From the NCBI GenBank assembly GCA_050950285.1, contig JBMNHG010000004.1, positions 124,001-177,070 of the forward strand: DNA of 53,070 bases. Direction: 5' to 3'. Each line of letters starts with the position of its first letter. The first letter of the stretch is position 1. The notes beneath the pieces were generated by a model, which had not been told where the DNA came from, did not search any database, and was given only the letters and a program-made list of their open reading frames with translations. Source of the stretch: Kiritimatiellia bacterium (lineage in GTDB: Bacteria > Verrucomicrobiota > Kiritimatiellia > RFP12 > JBMNHG01). The position numbers were made by a program, and so were the translations under genes. This document shows positions 42,601 through 51,100 of the stretch, one piece after another.

Positions 42601-42885
42601 GGGCACCTGGATGGTCGCCCAGCCGGAGGTGTCGCAGCCGTCTTTCCAGAAGCCTTCCGGCACGGCATCGGGGCGATCGGCGAGGACGAAACGCCAGGTG
42701 CCGTCGAGCGACATCGAACGAGGCGAAGCCTCGCGGTCGCAGGCGAGGGCCTGTTCGAGGGTCGTGTAGGCGCCCCACGGGGCGTGCTGGGTTTCGCGGT
42801 TGATCTGGGTGACCGACTGGTTCTCCCAATCACGCCGCGCGTTGAACTCGGGATAGAGGTTGCGGGAGAAGGTCTGGACTTTCAT
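39679..42885 (-). CDS. lacZ: Beta-galactosidase, GH2
   Basis: VPGNWE, GYSQDSKLP, WLEDQD, NRHEH, RTCHYP, WSMGNES, GGFVWDW. Confidence 0.92.
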   Translation of the reverse strand: MKVQTFSRNLYPEFNARRDWENQSVTQINRETQHAPWGAYTTLEQALACDREASPRSMSLDGTWRFVLADRPDAVPEGFWKDGCDTSGWATIQVPGNWELQGFGKPIYTNHIMPWPIDREAPYLVKPTLKSNWTGEEHLLLNPPQVPEDNPTGCYVRTFDLPADWKGLDVHLFFGGVESAFYLWINGQPVGYSQDSKLPCDFDITRFLRPGTNTVALQVMRWSDGSWLEDQDYWHISGIFRSVRLFAKPAVHLRDWFVQATPDLHGDGAVWRGEIFLQQRDGYADHTVKVELFDAYAGLVSSGEAKLNTRSWYARETGNAFLFDIRIPEVARWTPETPRLYTTVITLLDADGQVVDIESCRTGFRRIEIDPDGVIRLNGVRMIFRGTNRHEHALHHGRAVPKDHMRAEILLMKQLNLNAVRTCHYPDGPDWYDLCDELGICLVCEANLETHALGGLASTDPSWANAYLERATRMVLVYKNHPSIVSWSMGNESLCGPNHAAMSNWIRAYDPTRLVQYESGGPAKLVSDIRGNMYAPPDMIIRMLGDLKDPRPVVLVEYLYQIRNSGGGMDWFSRLIEDFERFQGGFVWDWQDKCLVATDPATGEEFPGYGGDFNEDYVERVCPFHMTCNGMVLPDLTPKPAALEVKEAQAPLRVAAANADAVRQGRFLLRNRHHATTSQGFALRAVAKVDGVETVVRDLPVPDAAPMADAPFTVDLDTFFPERPAGAELHLDFIVTLAADTPWASAGHEISHAQFALSSRPVAFAATKPAAHDAKAQLAESDSDFRVAAGPLSFVFDRKDGLLSSATYEGEPVLVEGPRVNLARPRSGLDTDAMTHWGFDGIWQRSLENLVRHSNGARASVLSDGAVLVETDETLVAPDGTRVAAAIGSTRIAPDGELVIGTALDVSRSLPHVPRMGLSLALPEGFETLDWFGRGPGECYCDRLEHTPVGVYRATVADQHFPFVPPAECGGHEDTRWLRISRDDGLSLTVTAPFRFHFDARHASVRDYQLATHDHRLPRRAETFLNLDHRHAGIGGYMAWSTAIEEKHLVFSGGCSFRFVLRFGREGR

Positions 42886-42915
42886 TCGGAAAATTTCCTT
42901 GCGCGGTTGTTGGGA

Positions 42916-44241
42916 TCAGCTGCGGATGAGGGAAAGGACCTTGTCGCGTTTTTCCTCCATCGTGGCACGGTCGCGGGCTTCGAGGTTCAGGCGCACGAGG
43001 GGTTCGGTGTTCGAGCAACGCACGTTGAACCACCAGTCGGGATAGCTCACGCTCACGCCGTCGAGCTCCATTTGCTTGCCGTCGGCGAAGGCGTCGCGGA
43101 TGCGCTGGAGGACGATCTGCGGGTCGATGGCCACGCGGGAGTTGATTTCGCCGCTGGTGGCGTACTTGCGGAGCGGCGCGGCGAGTTCGGAGAGGGTCTC
43201 CCCGAAGCGGCTCACCATGTTGGCGATGCACAGGACGGCAAGGGCCGAACTCTCGGTGGTGAAGTTGTCCTTGAAGTAGTAGTGCCCGGACAGTTCGCCG
43301 CCGAAGAGAGCGTCGTTGTCGCGCATCTGCTGCTTGATGAAGGCGTGTCCCACACGGCTCATCATCGGGGTGCCGCCGGCGGCGGAAATGATCTCGGGCA
43401 CGACGCGGCTGGAACGAAGGTCGTAGAAGATGACGCCCTTGCGCTGGGAGAGGATGTCCGTGGCGATGAGGGCCGTGATGAAGTCCATGGAGACGACGTC
43501 GCCCTTTTCGTCCACGAAGCCGGCGCGGTCGGCGTCGCCGTCGAAGGCCACGCCGAAGTCGAAACCGCCCTGCCGCACGCAGGCCTGCAGATCCGCGAGG
43601 TTTTCGACCTTGGCCGGGTTGGCTTCGTGGTTGGGGAAGGAGCCGTCGAGGTCGCCAAAGAGGGGCTCGATGGTGATGGGCAGCCCTTCGAGGGTGCGTC
43701 CTTCGAGGATGCCCATGCCGTTGGCGTAATCCACGGCGATGCGCAACGGACGGCCGATGTGTGCGAATTGCGCGATATGGGCCCTGTATGCGGGCAAGAT
43801 GTCGTGGGTGAAGATCGAGCCGGGCGTGGCTGCGGCGGGCGCGAAGTCGCCGGAGTGGACGATCTTTTCGATGTCCGCAATGCCCGTGGCGCCGCTGATG
43901 GGCACCCCATGGGCGCGGCAGAGCTTGAAGCCGTTCCATTCGGCCGGATTGTGCGAGGCGGTGACCATGATGGACGCGTCGGAATCGAGCGTGCCGGCGG
44001 CGAAGTAGGTCATCGGGGTGGAGCAGAGGCCGAGGTCGATCACGTCGGCGCCTTGCTCGGTCAATCCGCGGGTGAGAGCGCGGAAGAGGGATTCGGAGTG
44101 GATGCGGATGTCGCGGCCGATGCTCACCTTGCGGCAGCCGAGGTAGGTTGCGAAGGCGCGCCCGATTTTGTAGGCAAGCACTTCGTCGAGGTCTTCGCCA
44201 TAGACGCCGCGGATATCATATGCCTTGAAGATGCCAGCCAT
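42916..44241 (-). CDS. Phosphomannomutase/phosphoglucomutase
   Basis: IFKAYDIRG, TASHNP, FDGDADR, GELSGH, SNTEP. Confidence 0.95.
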   Translation of the reverse strand: MAGIFKAYDIRGVYGEDLDEVLAYKIGRAFATYLGCRKVSIGRDIRIHSESLFRALTRGLTEQGADVIDLGLCSTPMTYFAAGTLDSDASIMVTASHNPAEWNGFKLCRAHGVPISGATGIADIEKIVHSGDFAPAAATPGSIFTHDILPAYRAHIAQFAHIGRPLRIAVDYANGMGILEGRTLEGLPITIEPLFGDLDGSFPNHEANPAKVENLADLQACVRQGGFDFGVAFDGDADRAGFVDEKGDVVSMDFITALIATDILSQRKGVIFYDLRSSRVVPEIISAAGGTPMMSRVGHAFIKQQMRDNDALFGGELSGHYYFKDNFTTESSALAVLCIANMVSRFGETLSELAAPLRKYATSGEINSRVAIDPQIVLQRIRDAFADGKQMELDGVSVSYPDWWFNVRCSNTEPLVRLNLEARDRATMEEKRDKVLSLIRS

Positions 44242-44305
44242 GGACCATGCTCCTGTCTAGGGGGATGCGTGGCGGGGAATTCCGCCTGGGAACGTGAAAA
44301 GGAAA

Positions 44306-44334
44306 AGGATACCCCATGCGTACCCAAAGGTCAA
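44306..44334 (-). promoter_or_regulatory. Putative sigma-70 promoter for the PMM-lacZ-HAD unit
   Basis: TTGACC-N17-TATCCT on the minus strand. Confidence 0.6.
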
Positions 44335-44380
44335 TCCGCGAGGCCATGCGCACCCGGGCGCACGGCAAGGCTCCGTCCGT

Positions 44381-45541
44381 TCAATCCGATTCGTCCGTCC
44401 GCCGCACGTCGCGGTAGAGGCTGGCGGTGCGGTCGGCCATCGCCTCGAGCGTGAAGCGGCCGACGCGTTCCCGCGCGGCCCCGGCGAGGCGGCAGGCGAG
44501 CGGGGTGTCGTCGAGCAGCCGCAGGATCGATCGCGCGAGCAGGGGAGGGGAGTCGGGGGGGACGAGCAGGGCTTCGCATCCGTTGCGGACGGCTTCGCGC
44601 ACGCCGCCCACGTCTGCCGCCACGAGGGGCGTTCCCGCCGCCATCGCTTCGAGGACGAGATAGGGGAAGCCTTCCCAGCGCGACGGCATCGCCAGGGTCT
44701 TCGTGTCGCGAAGCAGGGCGTCGGCGGAACAATCCCCGCTCCGGGGGAAGAAGGAGGTCGCGGCTTCGAGCGCCGGATCGGCCCGCAGCAAACGGCGCGC
44801 CGCGATTCCCGGATCTCCGGAGCCCATCATCGCGAAGCGTGCGCCGGGGCGCGCCGCCAGGACCTTCCCGCAGGCTTCGAGGAAGACCTCGGGCGCCTTC
44901 TGCGGCCCGAAGCGTCCGATGAAGGCGGCATCGAAGCGGCGGGAGGGGAGGGGGGCCGGAGGGGCGGAAGACGGAGGAATTCCATTGTGGACCACCTCCA
45001 CGCGCAAATCCGGCGACAATCCTCGGGCAAGACGGGCTTCGGCCTCGCTCACGGCAATCAGCAGCGCGGTGTGTCCTGCCATACGCCTCTCGATGGCGCG
45101 GTAGAAGGCGCGGAGGGGAGATGGAACACGCATCTCGAAGGCGAAGCCGTGCGGCGTGTGGATCGCGGGAATCCCCTCGCACGCCGCGGCATGCCGCCCA
45201 AGGACCCCCGCCTTGGAGCTGTGCGTGTGGACCAGGTCCGGGCGGTGCCGTCGCATCCACGCGCGGAGGCGGCGTACGCAGGCCATATCCCGAAAGGGCG
45301 CGATGCCGCGCTGCATGGGAAGGACAAGGACGTCTGCACCGGCGTCGCGGAGAAGCGGGATGTCCTGGCGTCCGAAGTCGGGGTCCCGCCCCGTCGACAC
45401 GGCCAGGGACACACGGAAGCCGCGCCGGAGCATTTCAAGCGACAACTCGCGCACGTGGCGCCTCGTCCCGCCTTCGGTCGCTTCCAGGACCAGCAAAAGA
45501 TGAAGAGGGGCGACGGCGTCCATGCCCGTGGAATCCACCAT
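44381..45541 (-). CDS. Glycosyltransferase family 4
   Basis: GGTRRHV, HTHSSKAG, HTPHG, PSRWEGFPYLVLEAMA; start 45541 or 45523. Confidence 0.9.
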   Translation of the reverse strand: MVDSTGMDAVAPLHLLLVLEATEGGTRRHVRELSLEMLRRGFRVSLAVSTGRDPDFGRQDIPLLRDAGADVLVLPMQRGIAPFRDMACVRRLRAWMRRHRPDLVHTHSSKAGVLGRHAAACEGIPAIHTPHGFAFEMRVPSPLRAFYRAIERRMAGHTALLIAVSEAEARLARGLSPDLRVEVVHNGIPPSSAPPAPLPSRRFDAAFIGRFGPQKAPEVFLEACGKVLAARPGARFAMMGSGDPGIAARRLLRADPALEAATSFFPRSGDCSADALLRDTKTLAMPSRWEGFPYLVLEAMAAGTPLVAADVGGVREAVRNGCEALLVPPDSPPLLARSILRLLDDTPLACRLAGAARERVGRFTLEAMADRTASLYRDVRRTDESD

Positions 45542-45579
45542 CGCCCCTTCTCCCTGGGTGCCGGTTCGGCGGGAGGCCG

Positions 45580-46783
45580 CTAGGCCTGTCCGATGGCCTT
45601 GAGGAGGTCCGTGAACCACGGTTGCGTCACATCGAAGGGCTTGCCGCCCCGGATGCGCTCGAACTCGCAGGCGCGGATCACGCCGTCATGGTCTTCGTCC
45701 TCGCCGACGACGCCCGATTCGCGACGGAGGGCGCACTTCACGGCGGCGACCGCGCAGCGCTTGATGAGCTTGCGGTCTTCGGCGTTCGAAGCGGCGGCGC
45801 GGCTGAAGTATCCCGACTTCTGCACGAGCACCTTCCTGGCGTCAATCCTTTCGGCGAACTGCTTGGCGAACCAGGTGCCGGGGTTGACCGCATCCAGTTT
45901 CACGTGGCCGAAGGCGTCGCGCGGGACCTCTTCGCCCTTCGCCTCAATCTCCTTCACGATGGCCTCGACACCGGCGCCTTCGGAGATGAAGAGGTTGACG
46001 CAGTCGTTCTGGTCCATCAGGGCGCGGAGGCGCTTCGCCTCCGCCCTGAGGTTGATCTTCCGCTCCGGAATGTACACGCCGGTGCACTTCGCGCGTGGCG
46101 CGGGTGAGGCCGAGCCCGTCCACGAACGGCATCGTATCGAGCATCTTGCGGTAGGCGGCCGCAGTGGCGGCGGTGAGCCAGCCGCAGTTGCGCCCCATCA
46201 CCTCGTGGACGATCAGCATGCGCTCGTTGGCACTGTACTCGGACACGACGTTGGCGAAGAATTTCGCGCCCTGTTCGGCGGCCGTCCAGGCTCCGAGCGA
46301 CTGGCGGATCGGATAGACGTCGTTGTCGATGGTCTTCGGCAGGCCGACGACCGTCAGGTCGTAGTTGTTCGTTTTGAGGAAGTGGGCCAGATCGGCGGCC
46401 GCGGTGTTCGTATCGTCGCCGCCGATGGTGTGCAGCACGTCCACGCCGTCCTTCACGAGCTGGTCGGCCGCCACCTTCTGGGGATCCTGGCCTTCCTTCA
46501 CGAGGCCGCGCTTCACGCAGTCCTTGACGTTGGTGAGCTTGACGCGGCTGTTGCCGATGGCGCTTCCGCCGAACTTCACCAGGTCGAGCGCCTGCTTGCG
46601 GACCTTGGGCGTCACGGCGATGCTGTCGCCGGTGAGAAGCCCCTTGTAGCCGCCGCGATAGCAGATGATTCTCACGTTCGGGGCGGTCTTGGTGTACTGA
46701 TCGATCAAATAGCCGATCGCCGAATTGAGGCAGGGGGCGAGGCCGCCTGCGGTAAGAATGCCGACTTTGCGCACTTTTTTCAT
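45580..46783 (-). pseudogene. pfp: PPi-dependent phosphofructokinase with a single-base frameshift near 46081
   Basis: GGLAPCL, IGGDDT, PKTIDND, EVMGRNCG in one frame; VYIPE...SEGAG...QKSGY in another. Confidence 0.85.
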
Positions 46784-47430
46784 GATAGGCACCCCTTCTT
46801 ACGCCAATTACGGGGCGAAATCAAACAAAAACTGCAACAACAAAAAAGCGACCAAGGCGCGTAGACGCGCAACCAATCGACCAGCGAGAAGATGTTGCGC
46901 CGTACTGCGGCAGATCGTCCAGTGGACACCTCCGCGTGTTCTCCGAGTCGGACGCCGGATGGTACTCCCGATCCGAGCGGGACAGGCGCCTCCTGGGGAC
47001 CCTCCGCCGGTTCGGCGAGGGCGCGTATTTCTGGGTCGCCGCCTTCATGGCGTCCGTGTGGCCGATCTGGTACGTCAGAAGCCCGAGCGTCCGCTTGATG
47101 TCCTGCACGGCTTCGGCGGACCACCGATTCGCGATGGCCGCGCCGGACTCCCCAGTGGTGATCGCCGTCACGATGTCGCGGTACGGGATCGTCCGCGCCG
47201 CGAACGAAATGCGCGTTGTCGATCAAATAATCATACGCATCGTATCCGCCAAGGAGCTCTCCGGCTACTTGTTCTATTTATCCTAGGATTCAGTACGGGA
47301 CAGCAGGCGGCCCAAAGCGCCCTGTAATTGATCGCGATAAATCCCTGTAAATCAATGGGGAAAAGGGGGAAATATGCCCGTTTTCAGCCGCCTATGGGAT
47401 GCTAGTGGCCTCGGGAAAGGAAAACAAGGC

Positions 47431-47459
47431 TTGCCGCCGGCGTTGGCCCGTGCTACGCT
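47431..47459 (+). promoter_or_regulatory. Putative sigma-70 promoter (leaderless geometry)
   Basis: TTGCCG-N17-TACGCT with TGn, then 7 nt to ATG 47467. Confidence 0.5.
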
Positions 47460-47466
47460 CCCCACC

Positions 47467-48117
47467 ATGGGTACAGGTTGCATTTCCCTTGGGCCGCGGT
47501 TCCGGCGGCGCGCCGTTTTTCTCCGGGCCGTCGCCGCCTGTGCCGCCGCGGCGCTTGCCGCGACCGCGCCGGCGCTGACGCTCGACGTGCCGCGCCTTCC
47601 CGCGCCCGCTTTTGCCGACCGCGAGGCGTCCGCCGACGCCGCCATCCCCGCGTCCGCCGCCGGCAACCTGCGGCGCTTCCGCCTGGAGCTTTCCTTCGAC
47701 GCCACCCCCTCGAACAACGTGCAGGCCGCCTTCGGGCGCGACGCCGCGCCGCACGACGGCGCGCTGGCGGCGGAGGAGACGGCCTTCGTCGTCGGCTGGG
47801 ACGGCGGCGAGTGGTTCCTGCGCCCCGCCGGCCTGAAGGAACGCTTCGCCCACGCCCCCTCCGACGGCCCGGCACCCCGGAGGCGGACCCTCCACGCCGC
47901 CATCCGGGTCGACGCGGCGGGCGTCCCGGCGTCGGTCGCGTTCGGCGACGATGCGGGCGCCTTCGCCTTCGAGGGGCTTCCAGCCTCCCCGCCGCCCCCC
48001 TGGCTTTCCCCGGGGGAGTGGGACCTCCTGCGGGTGACCGTCCGCGGCGCGGCGGCCGCGGAGGAGGACGTCCTCGTCCGCTTCCTGCCCGACGGCGCCG
48101 TGATCCTTCTGCGGTAG
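47467..48117 (+). CDS. Exported hypothetical protein coupled to the RHS gene
   Basis: Signal peptide (RRRAVFLRAVAACAAAALAATAPA), beta-rich body, ends DGAVILLR; next ATG 4 nt downstream. Confidence 0.7.
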   Translation: MGTGCISLGPRFRRRAVFLRAVAACAAAALAATAPALTLDVPRLPAPAFADREASADAAIPASAAGNLRRFRLELSFDATPSNNVQAAFGRDAAPHDGALAAEETAFVVGWDGGEWFLRPAGLKERFAHAPSDGPAPRRRTLHAAIRVDAAGVPASVAFGDDAGAFAFEGLPASPPPPWLSPGEWDLLRVTVRGAAAAEEDVLVRFLPDGAVILLR

Positions 48118-48121
48118 CGCC

Positions 48122-51100
48122 ATGGGACTCCTGCAGTCGATGCACCATTGGATGTTCGCGGGCGCCTGCCTGCTGGCCGGCGTGCCGCTGCTCTTCTGCC
48201 TCGGCGCCTGGGCCGGGACGTCGCCCGGCCTGCGCCGCCTCTTCCGCGCTCTCGGCGACCGGTTCCGCTCGCTTGCGCCCTCCGTCAGGGCGGCGCTCTC
48301 CGCCCTCCTGGTGGTCGCCACCCTGCACGGCGTCCCGAAGGTGCCGCCCGGCAGCAATGCCCCGTCTTCCGGCCCTCCCCCGGCGGGCATGGTCTCCGGC
48401 GGCCTCCCGGCGCGGCCCGCGCGCGGCCCCTTCTCCGGCCCCCGCCTGACCGCCGACCAATACCGGGCCGGCGTCGCGCTCGCGCGCGTCGCCACCAATC
48501 CGTCGCCCGCCCTGGCCTCCGTCCCGTCGAACGCCGTCGTCCACGCCCCCTGGACCCGCTACGGGGTGGCCGAGGACACCTTCTGGCTCCCCGCCACCAA
48601 CTGGTCCTTCACCCTCGGCACCAACCGCGTCGGGGGGCTGCACGTCTCCAGCAGCGGCACGCTCTCCTTCGGTTGGCCCAAGGGCTCGCCCCGCGCCCGC
48701 CGGATGCCCGACGGCTCGGGCCTCGACTTCCTCGCCCCCCTGCAGACCTCCCTCGGCATCGTCCCGCCGGCCGGACGCTTCTGGCACGCCCCGACCGCCT
48801 CCAACAGCCTGCTGCTCGCCTGGCAGGACGTCTTCGCCGGCCGCGACGCCGGCCTCCCCGTCACCTTCCAGGCCGAACTCTTCCCCTCCGGCGACTTCGT
48901 CTACCGCTACGACCTGTCCCGGCTGTCCGCCACCAACGCGCTGCCCGCCACCAACTGGGTCGTCGGCGCCCAGCACGGCGGCGGCGGCGAGACCTTCGCC
49001 TTCGGCGGCACGGGCGTCCTCGTCCACGGCCTCGAACTCCACTGGCGCGCCTTCGGCATGCTCGACCCGGACGTCGCCGACCACGACGGCGACGGGCTCT
49101 CCACCTGCGACGAGGTGATGGTCCACGGCACCGACCCCCGCCTGCCCGACACCGACCTCGACGGCGTTCCCGACGGCGCCGAAGTCGTCCTCGGGACGAG
49201 TCCGCTGCTCCGCGACTCCGACGGCGACGGGCTCGTCGACGGCTCCGACCCCGATCCGCTGTCCCCGACGCCGCTCGACGATCTCGACGGCGACGGCATC
49301 CCCGACGCCTACGAAACGGCGACGTTCGGCTCCACCAACGCGGTGGACAGCCTCGACCACGACCCCGGCGGAACCGGCTTCCCGCTCTCCACGAAGATCG
49401 CCGCCGGCATGGACCCCCACGCGGAGGCTTTCGCCCCGACGAACCTCGCCTGGAACCTCGCCTCCCAAAAGCTCTTCGACGCCTTCCAGTGCGACCTCCC
49501 CCAGGCGTCGGGCGTCGTCTACCGGCGCACCTTCACGATCAACCGCAAGGGCGGCTGGCAGCAGTACTTCCTTTCCTCCGAGCCCGACAAGGCGGGCGGC
49601 TGGACGCTCGACGGCATGGCGCTGGACTGGGCCGACTCCGAAGGCGGAAGCGGCACCGCGACCGCCTCGCCCCGCGACGACAGCCTCCGCATCCCCGTGT
49701 CGACGAACGCCCTGCAACTGACCCTCACGCTCCGCGCCACCTCGACCAACTCGATTTGCGCCAAGCCGCTCCATCTGCTCGCCTGGGCGCCGGGCGTCCT
49801 CGTGGACGGCGCCGAGGCGCCGGCGGAAATCAACGGCGCCCGCTGCCAGGCCGTCGAATGGACGGGCGGCGAGACGTCGGTCGACGTCCACTACGACTTC
49901 TCGGCCCGTCCCTGCCGCGCCGCGCCTTCCGCGATGGAGCGGGCCGCGCTCCTCGACCCGTTCCCCGGCGAAGCCCGCCTCGCCTTCACGCCGGACGGCA
50001 GCTGCACGGGCGGCTCGCTCGCGGCGAAGGCGCCCGGCGTCTACGACACGCCCGGCTGCACGCTCGCCGCCGCGACGCCCCCGGCGCAACGCGGCGGCCA
50101 GGGCGACCCCGGCGAAGACCCGGTCGACCGCCTCCTCTTCTTCGCCCCCCGCATCGCCTACGGCGACGGCCTCCACGGCGGCGGCTGCTTCACCGCGCTC
50201 TTCTTCAACGCCGCCACCGGAGCGTACGAACCCGTCTCCGACTACCCCCTCGACAGCCGGTGCCTCCGGGAAGGCTGGCGGCAGGACGCCACGGGCGGCT
50301 CCCAGTGCGGCTGCATCGCCGAAATCGACTACGGCGACCCGGCGCTGGCCGGGTACTTCACCCAGTCCATTTCATACGAAGGCTTTTCCGCCACCGGCAC
50401 GATCTCCTTCAACGGCAGGCAGGTCTGGAGCGGGTCGGCCGCCCACCACGTCGCCGACGAATGCCTGGGCGCCTTCCACCCCTTCTACGACGAATGCGGC
50501 GACTGCGCGTCCAGTTGCGCCGACGGCAACTGCGACGACCTCGAAGGCGACGGCCTCGGCTCGCTCGCGTTCCGCATCCCGCTCGGAATCCCCCGCGACG
50601 GGCAGGTCTCCGGCTTCCTCTGGTTCCGGACGACGGAGCCGATTCTGGTCACCCCCGCCACGTTCAGCCTGCTCGCCCGGGAAGACGCCGCCATCGTCGC
50701 CGTCACGAACAACGGTCTGAGCCTCGTGACCTGCTCCGACGTCCGAGGCCGCACCGCCGCCATCGACCCGATCCCCCACGGCGTCCGGATCACCGTCCGC
50801 AAGACCGCCGGCAACACGCTCGAACACGTCTGGGAGATCGCCAATATCGACGGCAGCCCGGGTGAAATCGAGTTCAAGAAGATCAGCCGCCTCAACAACA
50901 TCATGCGCGATGTCGTCTACACGTACACCGAGGGCGAAGGCGAAGATCCCCCATCCTGGGTCTGTTTCGACAACATCGCGCAGACCTCCGAGCAGGTGCT
51001 TCGCACCGACACGCTCAACGACGGCCCCCACGGCGTCCTCCGCGAAGAGCGCATCGTGCGCGACGCCGCCGGCGCGATCCTCTCGCGGGACGTCGCCGAG

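Noticed and set aside
46936..47286. Plus-strand ORF ending IIRIVSAK as a BrnT-like toxin
   Set aside because: Only a short resemblance; BrnT N-terminal motifs and a BrnA partner are absent
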